In this document: in pieces, positions 46,140 to 59,553 of the stretch
Numbering within the stretch: position 1 is the first letter of the stretch
Layout of the letters: every line of letters begins with the position of its first letter
Assembly: GCF_963921235.1 (NCBI RefSeq)
Contig: NC_086097.1
Location: forward strand, 233,680,001 to 233,744,000
DNA: 64,000 nt
DNA from: Mobula hypostoma
Taxonomy: Eukaryota
Direction: 5' to 3'
Translations under genes and position numbers: made by a program
The notes under the pieces: generated by a model
Databases searched by the model: none
What the model was told of the DNA's origin: nothing
The model's input: the letters and a program-made list of their open reading frames with translations, nothing else

Positions 46140-49100
46140 CTATGTCATCAAGACCTAACCACCGAATGGAGAGAGAACAGCTGTCCATGGCCTTGGCATT
46201 CATTGGCCAGGGGAAGTCAGTGGAGGCTGGGTTGGCAAACACCCAGAATCAGGTGGCAGCTATTATTGCTCTCACGGCTGCAGTTTGGAAGCTCACTAAT
46301 GACAGCCAAAATAAGGTGGCCGCTCTTACTGCCACAATTCAGCAGCCTTCAGGCAGGTCAGTCCTACTCCCAAGACCTCCCACAACCTCCTCTTTAACAG
46401 GCTCACCATCCTCAGCCACTAATGCTCCAAATTCCCGGGCAGCGTCTAAGCCAGAACTGGCTATTGCTCCAGCAGGCAGATCCTGCCGCGACCCTGGCGG
46501 CTCAGGAATTTTATTGCCCAGTGTGATCTGACTTTCCAAGCCCAGCCAGGTTGGTTGGGTGACTATGAACACCAACTGACTTACATGGTGATTCTCTTAG
46601 ATGGACTCTCACAGTCAGTCCAATGCTCTGCTATGACAAGGTTACCCTCGAGCCGAATATTTCCAACAATTTGTAGTCAAGTTCAAGAGATCTTCCTGTG
46701 GAGGGTTAGGAGGTTGCCCACCGACTCTCGGACCTGGGCCAAGGGAAAGGGACAACGAGGGACTATGCAATACTGTTCCACATGCTTGCAGTTGAGATGA
46801 GGTGGAGTGAGAGATCTGTCATAACTGCTTTCCAGTGTGGGCTGAGCACAGGGGTCCAGCATAAGATCTCAGTGTGTGCTGAACAGCACAGCCTGGATGA
46901 CACAGCCATTCAAACTGACGACCAGGCAACTGAGTGGCGCAGAGAAAGAATGCCCCAAGTTTCCTCCTCGATAGATCACCGGCTGTCTTCACCCTGTCCC
47001 TCATCACCCAGTACACAGTCCGCGAGGAGAGCTTATGCAGGCGGAGTGCATCAGGAGGAGTGAGATCGGTTCAGGAGAACAGATTCCTGCCTCTGCTGTA
47101 CCACTCCAGGACACATCCAAGCACCCAGAGAAAGAGAATACCCATCAGCAGGAAGGGAAGTTCTGACGGGTTGATTGTCCTTGCAAACGTCTAATCACAT
47201 AATGCTTTCAGATTCTTTGTCATGGGGGTCACAGCCCATGAGCCTCAGGCTGTTATTGACGCTTGGGGCAGCCGGGAAACTCATGGATATCTCTCTAGCC
47301 CAAAGATGGAGAGATCAAACTCAACAATTGAGAGAGAATATGATGTCAAAGTTCTAGACGGTCGCCCTCCGGGCACCAGCAAGATCCACCTTTCCACAGG
47401 ACCCCTCCAACTTGTGCGAGAAGACAACCCGAGGGGACAGCTCTTCTTCTCTCTCGTGAATTCACCTGAACTGCCATTGGTGCTTGGCTTTCCCTGGCTA
47501 TCTCGACAAAATCTATGGATCCATTGGACCTAAAGGTGCTCCAAAATTAGTGACTGGCATGCTTGTCTACCTGTCTGGATCCAGCTCAAGCCCCTGTCTG
47601 TGTATCCCCTCCAGTGCCAATTGCTAGTGTGGACCTGTCTGGAGTTCCAGCTGAATTTGTAGACTTTCTTGAGATTCTTAGTGAGAAGAAGGCCACTTCC
47701 CTACCTCCACAAGGCTATATGATAGTGCCATTGATCTTTTAGCCTGCTCTAGTCTTCCCTGAAGTGGGCTCTTTCCCCTATCTTGTCCTGGCTATGGAAG
47801 AATACATCAAGGAGGCTTTGGCATTAGGATTTATACATCCATCTACCTCACTAGCAGTGGTGGACTTCTTGTTTTGTGAGCAAGAAGGCAGTCAAGCTCT
47901 GTCCCTGCATTGATTATTAGCCCATCAACAATATCACGGTAAAGAACCAATACCCTCTTCTGCTTGCCTCAGCATTCAAACATCTCCTGGGAGCAAACTT
48001 ATTCTCCAAGGTAGTTCTGTGCAATGCTTACAACCTGGCCTGCATCCAAGAAGGGGATGATGGGAAGACAGCTCTCAACACCTCCACTATAAATACCTCG
48101 TGATGCCTTTTGGTCTGTCCAATGCCCCTGGCCAATCGACCCATCAGAATCTGTTAGTTTTTGCATATTTGAACAACATTCTCATCTATTCCTGCTCTCG
48201 CCAAGAAGATGTCCAGTATGTTGGAAGATCCCGGGCAGTTCTTCACGAACAAGCTTTATGCCAGGCCAGAGAAGTGCAAGTTCCACAAAGGGCAAGTGTC
48301 ATTCTTGGTCTACATCCTAACCCTTTCCAGTGTTCAAATGGAAACTCTTTCCAGTGTTCAAATGGACCCATGTAAAGTTCAGGCAATCACAGACCATCTA
48401 CACTCAAACAGTAAGATGCTTCATGGGGTTTACAAACTTCTTTTGCCGCTTCATCAAAAACATCAGTTCTGTTGCAGCTCCCATAAATGTACTCACCAAG
48501 AAGACCTCTGCAGAATTTCTATGGACAAGTAAAGCAGACCAAGCATTCCCAGAACTACAGCAATGCGTCACCACTGCTCCAACATCCAAAGCCATCTCAC
48601 CCACTCATTGTCGAGGTTGATGAATCAAATGTTGACATTGGAGCCTCACTCTCCCAGCACTCTCCTGTGGATAATCAGCTGCATCCCTATGCTTTTTGAT
48701 CTCATCGCTAGACTCCTGCAAAGTGTAACTATGATATTGTGATATTGGGAACCAAGACCTTCTGGCTGTCGATGAAGACTTGGAAGCATGGCGACACTGG
48801 TTGGAGGGGGGAGAGCACTCCTTTCTGGTATGGATGGATGACAAGAACTTCTACATTCAGGGCAGCAAAGACTCAACTCCCATCAAGCCCACTGGGCTCT
48901 CTTCTTCACTAGGTTTAGTTTCACCCTATCTACCAAGCTGGCAGCAAGAATACCAAAGGTCAGTGCTTTCTCCCATCAGTTTGACATCTCTGAAGACAAC
49001 ACCAATCCAGATCCCATCCTTCCTCACTCGTTCGTAGCTGCTCCGGTGATTTGGGGAACAGAAGCAGAGCTGAGGTCTACCCAACAGTCAGATTCAAGCC

Positions 49101-50700
49101 TAGGTGGGGGACCTCCCAAACGACTGTGTGTTCTTGCCACTGTGTGTTCTTGCCACTGTGTGCCCCAGAGTGTTAGAGTGAGATCACTCTTCCCATCTGG
49201 ATAGCCATTCAGTAATTCAACGGAACCTGCAATTAATAAAGAGATGATTTTGATTGCCATCTATGTCCCATGATGTCCATGGTTTTGTCTTTGCCTGTCC
49301 CACTTATGCCAGGGCAAGACGTCATATCAGCACTCTACTGGTCTGCACTGCTTGCTACCAGCGCATCATTGCCTCTGGTCCTACCTCTCGATGGATTTCA
49401 TCACTGGTGTGCCTCCATCAGATGGGAACACTATCATTCTGGTAGTTGTGGATGAGTTTGCTAAAACGAGCCACTTTATTGCTCTCCCCAAAATCCCATC
49501 AGACTGTGAGACTGTCACCATCATGGTTCAGCATGCATTCAGTCAACATGGTTTCCCTCAGGACACCATGTCTGATTGAGGACCACAGTTTACATCCCAT
49601 TTTTGAAAGGGTTTCTGTTCTCTTTTGGGAGCTACAGCCTCTCATCAGATTTGCATCCCCAATCTAACAGCCAGACTGTGAGAGTGAATCAGGAGCTGGA
49701 GACAACAACCTTGCACTGCCTTGTCTGAACCTGGAACTCACAACTGGTTTCAGGCAGTGTTTGTGCAAAGTAACCTCCAGCTGTCTTCCACTGGCAGTTG
49801 GTCCAGCACTACAAGCGCATATGGAGAAAGGCCAGAGTTCCTCTGCTGCATACTCAGAAACAATATGTCTGGCAGGCTGATCATCTCCGCCAGCAGGTGA
49901 GGGCTCTCAAGCCAGGGGAGAAAGTCTGGCTGGTGTCTAGAAATCTTCCTTTGAAAGTTAAGAGCTGCAAATTGATCCCTGAGCCAATAGACTGGTCCTG
50001 GACTTATTTTCCATCTGGCATAGTTTGCATTTTGTTGTTTGATTGTTTGTGGTTTTTGTATTGCAATATTTACGCTCTATTCTTGGTTGGTGCGGCTGTA
50101 ACGAAACCCAATTTCCCTTGGGATCAATAAAGTATATCTATCTATCTATCTATCTATCATACACACACTCTGGACAAGAATAGTATGAAATTATTATTGT
50201 GTTTTCTGGTGGATATCTTTTGGTAAATATTGGCAGTTTTCTTTTCACTATTATCACTAATTTTTGTCAATTTGATTTTTGACACACCTAATAAACATCC
50301 TTGTACTAAAGTGCTAAGCGACTCCAGCCAGTTTTGCTTCGGTCATAACCCATATATCTAACATACGGCCCTGAAAAATGTTCTTGGCTTCTAGTCCATG
50401 ACATCTTAGACAAGTGTCTCATCTTGGACTTCCAGAAGGCACAGACGTCTGGCACCTCAGAAGCTGTGCTGGGCTGGTGTCCCTGTCACAACCATAGACT
50501 CTGTCATGGAATTTTGGCACCCTCCCAGGCAGGCAGCCAAACAGGTTCAGTAATCTTGCTCATGGGTATGCATGTTCCAGCCACTTAGTGTTTCATTGAG
50601 GCCATATCTAACTCTCTTCCCCTTGTTTCATTCTTGTCAAGTCTTGGCCAAAGCACAGTGACATCAACACTCCTTGCCTGTCTTTGTCCTTGTTCTGGGA
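46140..50700 (+). mobile_element. Decayed chromovirus-type (sushi/Tf2-like) Gypsy element
   Basis: PLVLGFPWL..N, VKNQYPL, MPFGLSNAP, AYLNNILIYS, PEKCKFH, FMGFTNFFCRFI, IVEVDES, EAWRHWLEG, SMDFITGVPPSDGNTIILVVVD, LKPGEKVWL; chromodomain-like YGPEKCSW..DILD at 50364; TGTCAC possible LTR start ~50484. Confidence 0.85.
49985..50158 (+). mobile_element. LINE 3' tail with (TATC)n inside the Gypsy remnant
   Basis: AATTTCCCTTGGGATCAATAAAGTA(TATC)n, as at 54960-55010. Confidence 0.65.
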
Positions 50701-51229
50701 AGGCAGACTACAATTTAGGTTGATACTGTAAAGGAGGGGAATTTATTTGGTATTATGTTGCTGCTTCAGAGCTGTGGGTTTGGCATTAGCTTTCAGCTTG
50801 AGAGTTTTAGTTAATGGCCTTGTTGGCCTTGTGTTTATCATTTTGCCTTCTCATTAAAATTCAGTTTGAGGCCATTGTGAGTACATGCTGTATGTCAGCT
50901 ATGAAATACTTGAGGGCCAATTGGGTGATGTGCACTTTATCCTGCAATGAAGAACAGAGTCGTGAGTGTGTTCAATGGCACGCACTGAGGTGATGGAGGG
51001 AAATCCTTTGGTGAGGATGTGAATCAGAGAGAGGCATCAGGTTGCATTAAGGTTGGAGTAAGCATTGGGTAGATAAATGAAGATGTGGTAAAATGTGAAA
51101 ATAAGTGAGCCTACGAAGTTTGTGGATATGGAGAGTGATGACTGAACTGTAAACACGTAAACCACTTTTAGAAATGTTGTTTACATCGTACATACATGCT
51201 TGTGATTATTTTTGTACTTCTTATTTCAT

Positions 51230-51640
51230 ATCAGAATCAGGTTTAATTTCACCGGCATATGTCATGAAAATTATTATTAACTTTACTACTCATGAGCAGT
51301 ACAATAAAATACATGATAAACATAGAAAAGAAATTGAATTACAGTAAATATATACGTGTGTGCGTGTGAAATAGTTAAGTTAAAAGAAGTAGTGCAAAAA
51401 AACAAATAAATAATAAAAAAATAATGAGGTAGTGTTCATGGGTTCAATGTCCATTCAGAAATTGGATGGCAGAGGGGAAGAAGATGTTCCTGAATCACTG
51501 AGTGTGTACCTTCAGGCTTCTGTACCTCCTACCTGATAGCAACAGTGTAAAATGAGCATATCCTGGGTGGTGGGGATACTTAATGATGGACGTCGCCTTC
51601 CTGAGGCACTGTTCCTTGAAGATGTCTTGGGTACTACGGA
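51230..51640 (-). mobile_element. Rex1/Babar-like 3' fragment
   Basis: Same blocks as 28005-28515. Confidence 0.72.
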
Positions 51641-52187
51641 GTAGTACTTTAACCTCTAAATTTATTTTTATATAATTCTTTTATCTATAGAGTTGTTGAA
51701 TGTTGTGGTGTTTTGTAGCATGTCATGCCATGACCAACGCTCCACAGCAAGTTTCTAATACATGTAAATGTATACGGTGAATAAAGTTGATCCTTGATCC
51801 TTGATGTTATAGGTCACACAGTGAGAATGGGATAGGGCAATGATGTATCTAACAAGATAAGGATTAATGTGCAATTTTGTGCACCATTCTGCCCTGGTTA
51901 GGTTTTAAAATGTTTTCTGCACAGCATCCATGAGCTGTCAGGGTTTAATTTTTTTTCACACGGGGGTGGATGTGTGGAACGTCCTGCCTGAGGTGGTGGT
52001 AGAGGTAGATTCATTAGGGGCATCAAAGAAAATCTTAGAAAGGCACTTGGATTAAAGAAAGGCGGAGGATCATGCAGGAGGGGAAGGTTAAATTGATCTT
52101 AGAATAGATTAAAGGTCAGTACAACATTATGGATCAAAGGGTTTGTACTGTGTTTTAATGTTCCATGTTCTATGCTCTGTGGTGGAA

Positions 52188-52383
52188 ACCTGAAATCAAA
52201 ATAGAAAATGCCAGAAACCTGCAGCATTTTGGGCAGCATCTTTTCAAAGAAAAACATATCAAGTCAAATTTGTTTGATGAAAACTTGTTCGATCTTTGAC
52301 CTGAAATTTTAACTTTGTCTCTCTTCCACAGATGCTGCCTCACCTTGTGAATGTTTCCAGCATTTTCTGTTTTGATTTCAGGT
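52188..52383. mobile_element. Fold-back PLE-derived short element
   Basis: ACCTGAAATCAAAATAGAAAATGC and GCATTTTCTGTTTTGATTTCAGGT are 23/24 complementary. Confidence 0.7.
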
Positions 52384-53009
52384 GACTGAGATCAGTCATC
52401 CACACTGGGAAATAACTAATAAACAGAAAAGACATCCGGCATAATAAAAATAAATACCATCTTTACTAATATTGTAAAAGCTACCGAGCCAATGAGGCTC
52501 ACCAATACTGGCTTTGGTACCATTAGATGGACTGTCAATCATCTGTCATATGTTAATGCTGAATTTAAATATAGAAAACATAAATCAGATCTTTGGGAAA
52601 ATGCTTCCACACAGACTCAGCTGCATGTTTGCTGGCACCACATAGGTTTCTGCTACAGTTATGACTCCAGGCTCCGAGCAGCTTTTCAATCACAACACCA
52701 TGTTATTTACATAAAATATTATAAAGCGTTAAATGCAAGAAAATTTTTTGTGCACGTAATGGATTCTTTAAAGTTGTTATCAGCTTTAATAGACCTAAAT
52801 AAAGTAATATATTTTGTATCTCGCACTGCAGTGCTGCTGCAAAACAAAAAATTTTATGGCTTTTGTCAGTGAAAATAAACTTGATTCTGCTGTTGATTTT
52901 GAAGCATCAATCGGTTGTTTGGAATTCAGAAAATACTTGCTTTAGGCCCGAGATGATTATAGTTTCATTAATTGGTGAAGAGAGCATAAAATTTGCTTTT
53001 ATAATAAAT

Positions 53010-53280
53010 GGGGCAGTGTTGTGGTGTATTGGTTAGCACAATGCTTCACAGTACAGGCGACCCAGGTTCAATTCCCACCACTGTCTGTAAGGAGTTTGCA
53101 CATCCTCCCCATGACTGCATGGGTTTCTTCCAGGTGCTCTGGTTTCCTCCTACAGGCCAAAGATGTGCTGGTTGGTAGGTTAATTGGTCATTGTTAATTG
53201 TCCTGTGATTAGGCTCAGATTAGTATCGGGGGAATTGATGGGTGATGTGGCTCGACGGCAGGAAGGGCCTGCTCCTGTTC
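53010..53280 (+). mobile_element. V-SINE
   Basis: TGGTGTATTGG, GGTTCAATTCC, GGGTTTCTTCCAGGTGCTCTGGTTTCCTCC. Confidence 0.85.
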
Positions 53281-53289
53281 ACAGCACAC

Positions 53290-55012
53290 CGGCCTAAGTC
53301 CCGAGGCACCCAATGCTCCTCCCCCTTCCAGTTCAACACATGGATGAACAACACAGGCTACCCCTGCCTATATCCCCTCCTTGGCCTGCACCTGCCATCC
53401 ACACTTCCACATCCCAACTGCAATCGTCCCGATCTTCAGCTCCTCCAGCCTCCACCTTCTACCAACTCCCCAGTCATCATGGACTCACCTTCACTACTGA
53501 GCAGGTGAGAAGGTCTCTGGGGAAACTCAGACATGGCAAAGCATTGGGACTGGATAGTGAGAACCCCAAGGTCCTGAAGGAGCATGCTGAGCAGCTGCGT
53601 GGAGCTCTCCAGCGCATTTTCAGTCTGAGTCTCAGCCTGAAGAGGGTCCCAACTGTGTGGAAAATATCGTGTGTGGACCCAGTACCCAAGAAGGGCTGAC
53701 TGGAAGTCTTAAATGACCACCGTCCAGTGGTCCTGTCCTCACACATCATGAAGACCCTAGAGAGGCTGGTCCTGGCTCATCTCCAACCCCTGGTCAGATC
53801 AACCCTCGATTCCTTGTACTTTGCCTACCAGAAATACATTGGAGTCGATGATTGCTGTCATCTACCTGCTGAACAGAGCCTACTCCCATTTGGATAAGCA
53901 GGGCAGCATGTTTTTTGATTTCTCAAATGCCTTCAATACCATACAGCCCCTATTGCTGAGGGAAAAGCTGCGTTCAATGCAGGTTGGCACTTCCATTGTA
54001 TCCTGGATAATGGACTACCTGACTGGCAGACCACAGTTTGTGTGGCTTCAGAGCTGTGTGTCAGACATGGCTATAAGCAGCACTGGGGCCCACTGGGGAC
54101 TGTATTGGCTCCCTTCCTGTTTACCCAGTATACCTCGGACTTTAGATATAACACCGAGTCGAGTCGTGCAGAAATTCTCTGATGACTTGGCAATAATCAG
54201 ATGTATAAAGGGAGAATGGGAGGATAAATGCAGGCCTCAGGTGGAGGACTTGTCAAACGGTACAAGCTGAATCATCTGCAGTTCAACATCAATTAACCAA
54301 AAGAGATGGTGATGGGCTTCAGGAAGATTAAGCCTGCACTGCTCCCTGTTACTATTGATGCTGAGGACATGGATGTGGTGAAGACATACAAGTACATGAG
54401 GGTGCACCTGGATGACAAACTTGAGCGGAGCACCAACAAAAAGGATGTGTACAAGTAGGGCCAGAGTCACCTCTACTTTTTGAGGTGACTGAGACCTTTT
54501 GGAGAATGCATGTTCTACCAGTCTGTTTTTGTCAGTACAATCTTCGATGTGGGGGTATTCTGGGGCAATGGCATTTACATAGGTGATGCCAACAGGCTCA
54601 AAAAACTGATTAGAAAGACTGGCTCTGTTATAGGAGTCAAAGTGGACACACTGGAGGCTGTGGTAGAACAGAAGACCCTACGGAAAATCCTGGCGGTTCT
54701 AGACAATGTTCCTCACCTTCTTCATGCCACCTTGGCTGAACAGAGGAGCACTTTTAGTAATAGACTAAGACAACTGCATTGCTCCAAACAGCGCTATATG
54801 ACGTCATTTTTACCCTGAGCCATTAGGCTCTATAATGAGTCAACCTAGAGCCAGGGAAGTGACGACCCCCTTCTGTTAGACTGTTTGAGGTAACTTATCT
54901 TTTATTGTTGCTTTCTTCTCTTCTATTATTTATATCTGTGCATTTGAAATGCTACAGTGATACTGTAATTTCCTTTGGAATCAACAAAGTATCTTATCTA
55001 TCTATCTATCTG
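53290..55012 (+). pseudogene. Rex1/Babar-like LINE RT, degenerate, with (TATC)n tail
   Basis: KALGLD, IFSLSL..VPTVWKISCVDPVPKK, MFFDFSNAFNTIQP, WIMDYLTGRPQ, QKFSDD, MFYQSV, SFLP. Confidence 0.9.
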
Positions 55013-55592
55013 TCTTCTACACTGTATCTCCATAAATTAAAAAATAAATACCACTAAATCTTTATTTTAGGCATTTTTCTAATTAGCTAGTCTTTAAGAC
55101 TATGCTTCAGATTCATATTATCTGTTAAGCATTTGTTTATTTTCTACTGCTGAAACTTGGAAAGTAATTTGCTACTCAATAACAATGCTGTTTCTGATAA
55201 TTCTATTATTCTTTTGATTCAAATCATTTAATTTAGTACATAGATTAATGTTAGAGATGAATAAGCTAGTTATTTGATATGAAATCAGAACTTCGGAGAT
55301 TTAAAAAGATAATCAGGTGGGGTAGAAGGCCAATAATTCTTTTTTGTTGCTGCTTTTGATTTCCAGATAGATTAAAATTAGTTCTAAAAAATTAAAGTTC
55401 TCATCTTGTTCATTTGTACGGAGAATATTTCTGTTACATTGAAGATAACACAAACACAAAATGCCACAACTGCATCAAGTCTAATTTGATTTCTCCTTGA
55501 GGATGATCGGACAGTGATGTAAAGACACATGCATAGAGCAGTCATCAACCACAATTCATCAGAAAAGTTAAAATACATGTATGTTTGCAACA

Positions 55593-57367
55593 CGAGGAAA
55601 TCTGCAGATGCTGGAAATTCAAGCAACACACATAAAAATTGCTGATGGCCAGGCAGCATCTATAGGAAGAGGTACAGTCGACCGTTTTGGGCCGAGACCC
55701 TCCGTCAGGACTAACTGAAAGAAGAGATAGTAAGAGATTTGAAAGTGGGAGAGAGAGTGAGAAATCAGAAACTATAGGATGAGACAGGAGGGGGAGGGAT
55801 GGAGCTAACAGCTGGGAAGTTGATTGGCAGAAGGGATACGAGGCTGGAAAAGGGAGAGGATCATGGGATGGGAGGCCTAGGGGGAAAGAAAGGGGGAGGG
55901 GAGCCCAGAGGATGGGCAGGGAGTTATAGTGAGAGGGACAGAGGGAGAAAAAAGAGAGAAAAAAAATAAATACGGGATGGGGTACGAAGGGGAGGTGGGG
56001 CATTAACAGAAGTTAGAGAAGTCAATGTTCATGCCATCAGGTTGGAGGCTACCCAGACGGAATATAAGGTGTTGTTCTTCCAACCTGAGTGTGGCTTCAT
56101 CTTGACAGTAGAGGAGGCCGTGGATAAACATATCAGAATGGGAATGGGACGTGGAATTAAAATGTGTGGCCATTGGGAGATTCTGCTTTCTCTGGTGGAT
56201 GGAGTGTAGGTGTTCAGCGAAACGGCCTCCCAGCCTGCGTCGGGTCTCGCCAATATATAGAAGGCCACATTGGGAGCACCGGACCCAGTATATCACCCCA
56301 GCCGACTCACAGGTGAAGTGTCGCCTCACCTGGAAGGACTGTCTGGGGCCCTGAATGGTGATGAGGGAGGAAGTGTAAGGGCAAGATGTGCTTAGTGGTG
56401 GGATCCCATTGGAGGTGGTGGAAGTTACGGAGAATTACATGTTGGACCCAGAGGCTGGTGGGGTGGTAGGTGAGGACCAGGGGAACCCTATTCCTAGTGG
56501 GGTGGCAGGAGGATGGGGTGAGAGCAGATGTGCGTGAAATGGGAGAGGTGCGTTTGAGAGCAGAGTTGATGGTGGAGGAAGGGAAGCCCCTTTCTTTAAA
56601 AAAGGAGGACATCTCCTTCGTCCTGGAATGAAAAGTCTCATCCTGAGAGCAGATGCGGTGGAGACAGAGGAATTGCGAGAAGGGGATGGCATTTTTGCAA
56701 GAGACAGGGTGGGAAGAAAAATAGTCCAGGTAGCTGTGAGAGTCGGTTGGCTTATAGTAGATATCAGTAGATAAGCTGTCTCCAGGTATAGAGACAGAAA
56801 GATCTAGAAAGGGGAGGGAGGTGTCAGAAATGGACCAGGTAAACTTGAGGGCAGGGTGAAAATTGGAGGCAAAGTTAATGAAGTCAACGAGCTCAATATG
56901 CATATTGGAAGCAGCGCCAATGCGGTCGTCGATGTAGCGAAGGAAAAGTCGGGGACAGATACCTGTATAGGCTTGGAACATGGATTGTTCCACAAAGCCA
57001 ACAAAAAGGCAGGCATAGCTGGGGCCCATACGGATGCCCATGGCTACGCGTCTAGTTTGGAGGAAGTGGGAGGACCCTAAGGAGCTATTATTAAGAGTAA
57101 GGACTAATTCTGCTAGATGGAGAAGAGTGGTGGTAGAGGGGAACTGGTTCGGTCTGGAATTCAAAAAGAAGCAAAGAGCTTTGAGACCTTCCTGGTGGGG
57201 GATGGAGGTATTTAGGGACTGGACATCCATGGTGAAAATAAGGCGGTGGGGGCCAGGGAACTTAAAATCATTGAAAAAATTCAGAGCGTGAGAAGTGTCA
57301 CGAACATAGGTGGGAAGGGATTGAACAAGGGGGGATAAAACAGTGTCAAGATATGAACAGTGTCGAG
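55593..57367 (-). mobile_element. Penelope-like element, 5'-truncated (RT, GIY-YIG, pLTR)
   Basis: TMDVQSL..IPH, VAMGIRMGPSYACLF, RYIDD, PFLD, YYKPTDSHSYLDY..SHP; VIY..C..C..YIGET; 10-bp duplication GTTTGCAACA at 55583-55592 and 57368-57377. Confidence 0.93.
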
Positions 57368-57984
57368 GTTTGCAACAGATGACCAGGCAATAGCAAAGCA
57401 CTTTAAAGTGAAACACAAAAAATACAAATTTACACAAAAATTACTTAAACAGATCTGGATGGATCTGGAAATCCAGAGTAACTCACACAAAATGCTGGAG
57501 GAACACAGCAGGACAGAAGAGGAGTAAAGAGCTGATGTTTCTTACAGACATTCAGAGTAGAGCAAAGAAATCAATGAAAAATATACATAAAGATTGTCAA
57601 GAACCCAATGTGCAAAAGAATATAAACTGTGCAAATACAAAAAAAAAATAAATGATTAAATATTACTGATGCCATGAGTAGTAGAATCCTTGAAGGGTTC
57701 TGCGAAGCAGAAATTATTGCTCTTTATTCCCCTCCATAGATGCTGCCTTACCTGCTGAGTTCTTGCAGCATTTGACCAGGCAACTGAACAATTAGTGTTA
57801 CTCTAAAATTACTTCACAGGTTTATATAAATACTTTGAAGTAGAGATTGTTTTTAGATATATTCTGTTCCTCTGACATACTCTTCTTTTTCTGTCCTACT
57901 TTGAGTAGCTGAATAATTTCTAATTTCTAATTTTTTAGAATAATTTCTAATTTTTCTTTACACAGGCATTTTACCCAATTGCAT

Positions 57985-58575
57985 TGATGTGACCAATTAG
58001 GCTACCATCTTTGGAATATGGGAGGAAACCGGAGACATAGGTAGAAAATATAAACTCCTTACAGACAGTGGCTGACAGGATCAAAAGCTACAGGAAGTGT
58101 AAAATTAGTCAGCTCCATCTTGGGTACAAGCCTCTGTAGTATCCAAGACATCTTCAAGGAGCGGTGCCTCAGAAAGGTGGTGTCCATTTTAAGGACCCCC
58201 CATTACCCAAGACATGCCCTCTTCTCATTGTTATTGTCAGGAAGGAGGTGAAGAAGCCTGAAGGCACACACTCAGCGATTCAGGAACAGCTTTATCCCCT
58301 CTTCTGTCCGATTCCTAAATGGACATCGAACCCATGAACACCACCTCACTTTTATTTCTTTCTGTACTATTTTTAACTACTTAATATACATACATATATA
58401 CTTAGTGCAATTGACCTACTTTTTTTCTATATTCTCATGTATTGCGTTGTACAGCTGCCACTAAGTTAACAAATTTCACGACATACGCCAGTGAAATTAA
58501 ACATGATTCTGAATTGAACCCGGGTCGCTCGCGCTGTAGTAGCGTAACGCTAACCACTACGCTCCCGTGCTGTCC
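57985..58575. mobile_element. V-SINE (minus) split by a Rex-like 3' fragment (plus, ~58078-58512)
   Basis: SINE V-domain at ~58010 and head TTGAACCCGGGTCG..CTAACCACTACGCT at 58514-58563; GGAAGGAGG..CGATTCAGGAACAGC between them. Confidence 0.65.
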
Positions 58576-59318
58576 CAATTTTGCTCCGAGTTTCCAGAGA
58601 CAAGCATAAATGGATGAAGTCGGCTCTGCATATTTGCATCTTGAAATTGCATTCAGGATCCTTTGCAAGTCAGTGGACCCTGTCGGCTCTCCTAGCACTC
58701 TTGGACATCCCTGCTGAGAAGCACGACAAAACGGCAGCGAATGAGATTGACAGAAGTTTGGGATTGGAAGGACTGAATCAATTGAACACTTGAATCCAGT
58801 TGAACACTTCTAACTGGTCTGACTAGGTTAAAATCGGCTTTCTGTTTCTGCTCTGTTTAATACTGCCAATATTATGTTACCAACAATGTTTGAATTGACT
58901 GGTGCTGTTGTGAACAGTATAGTTAAGGGAGAAGAATGTAATGAATATAATAGCTTACTGCAATGTAACATTGACAGGCCATAGATACTTCTCTTCACAG
59001 ATGGCAGCCAGCTGAGAATATAAAATCAAACTTAATCTACTCCTCATGAAAATGGATGAAGCCACTGACTTTTCTAATCAGTTACATAGTAATAATTGGT
59101 GAGTATGCTCAGGGTTTGACTGCATTCAAATTAGATATGTAAAACCGCACTTGCGTACATCAGCTGTGGAGAGTAATCAGAGCTTTTTATATGTGTCAGA
59201 GCAGTGGAAAAGACAATTTATTCAGGTTTCAGTAATTCAGGCCCTCTGTGTTCTTAATATTAGGGCTTTAACTTTCTTCTCACATTCAACAGGGAGTACT
59301 CTCTGAAGCTGATCATAA

Positions 59319-59553
59319 ACATGAGAGTCTGCAGATCCTGGAAATCCAGAGCGAGCAACACACGCAAAATGCTGGAGGAACTCAACAGGTGAGACAGCAT
59401 CTATGGAGAGAAATAAACAGTCGAGACGTTTCAGCCGAGCCCATTCATCAGGACTCTTCACCCTTCATCCTATGGCCCAAAACATTATGATTGCTTATCC
59501 CTCTCCATAGATGTCGCCTGACCTGCAGAGTTCCTCCAGAATTTTGTATGTGC
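59319..59553. mobile_element. Fold-back PLE-derived short element with a hammerhead core (minus, 59418-59455)
   Basis: Arms CAAAATGCTGGAGGAACTC..CATCTATGGAGAG and CTCTCCATAGATG..GAGTTCCTCCAGAATTTTG; minus strand AGTC-CTGATGA..GAAAC-GTC. Confidence 0.75.

Noticed and set aside
50133..50158. (TATC)n and other short tandem repeats as independent features
   Set aside because: They are the normal 3' tails of the adjacent LINEs.
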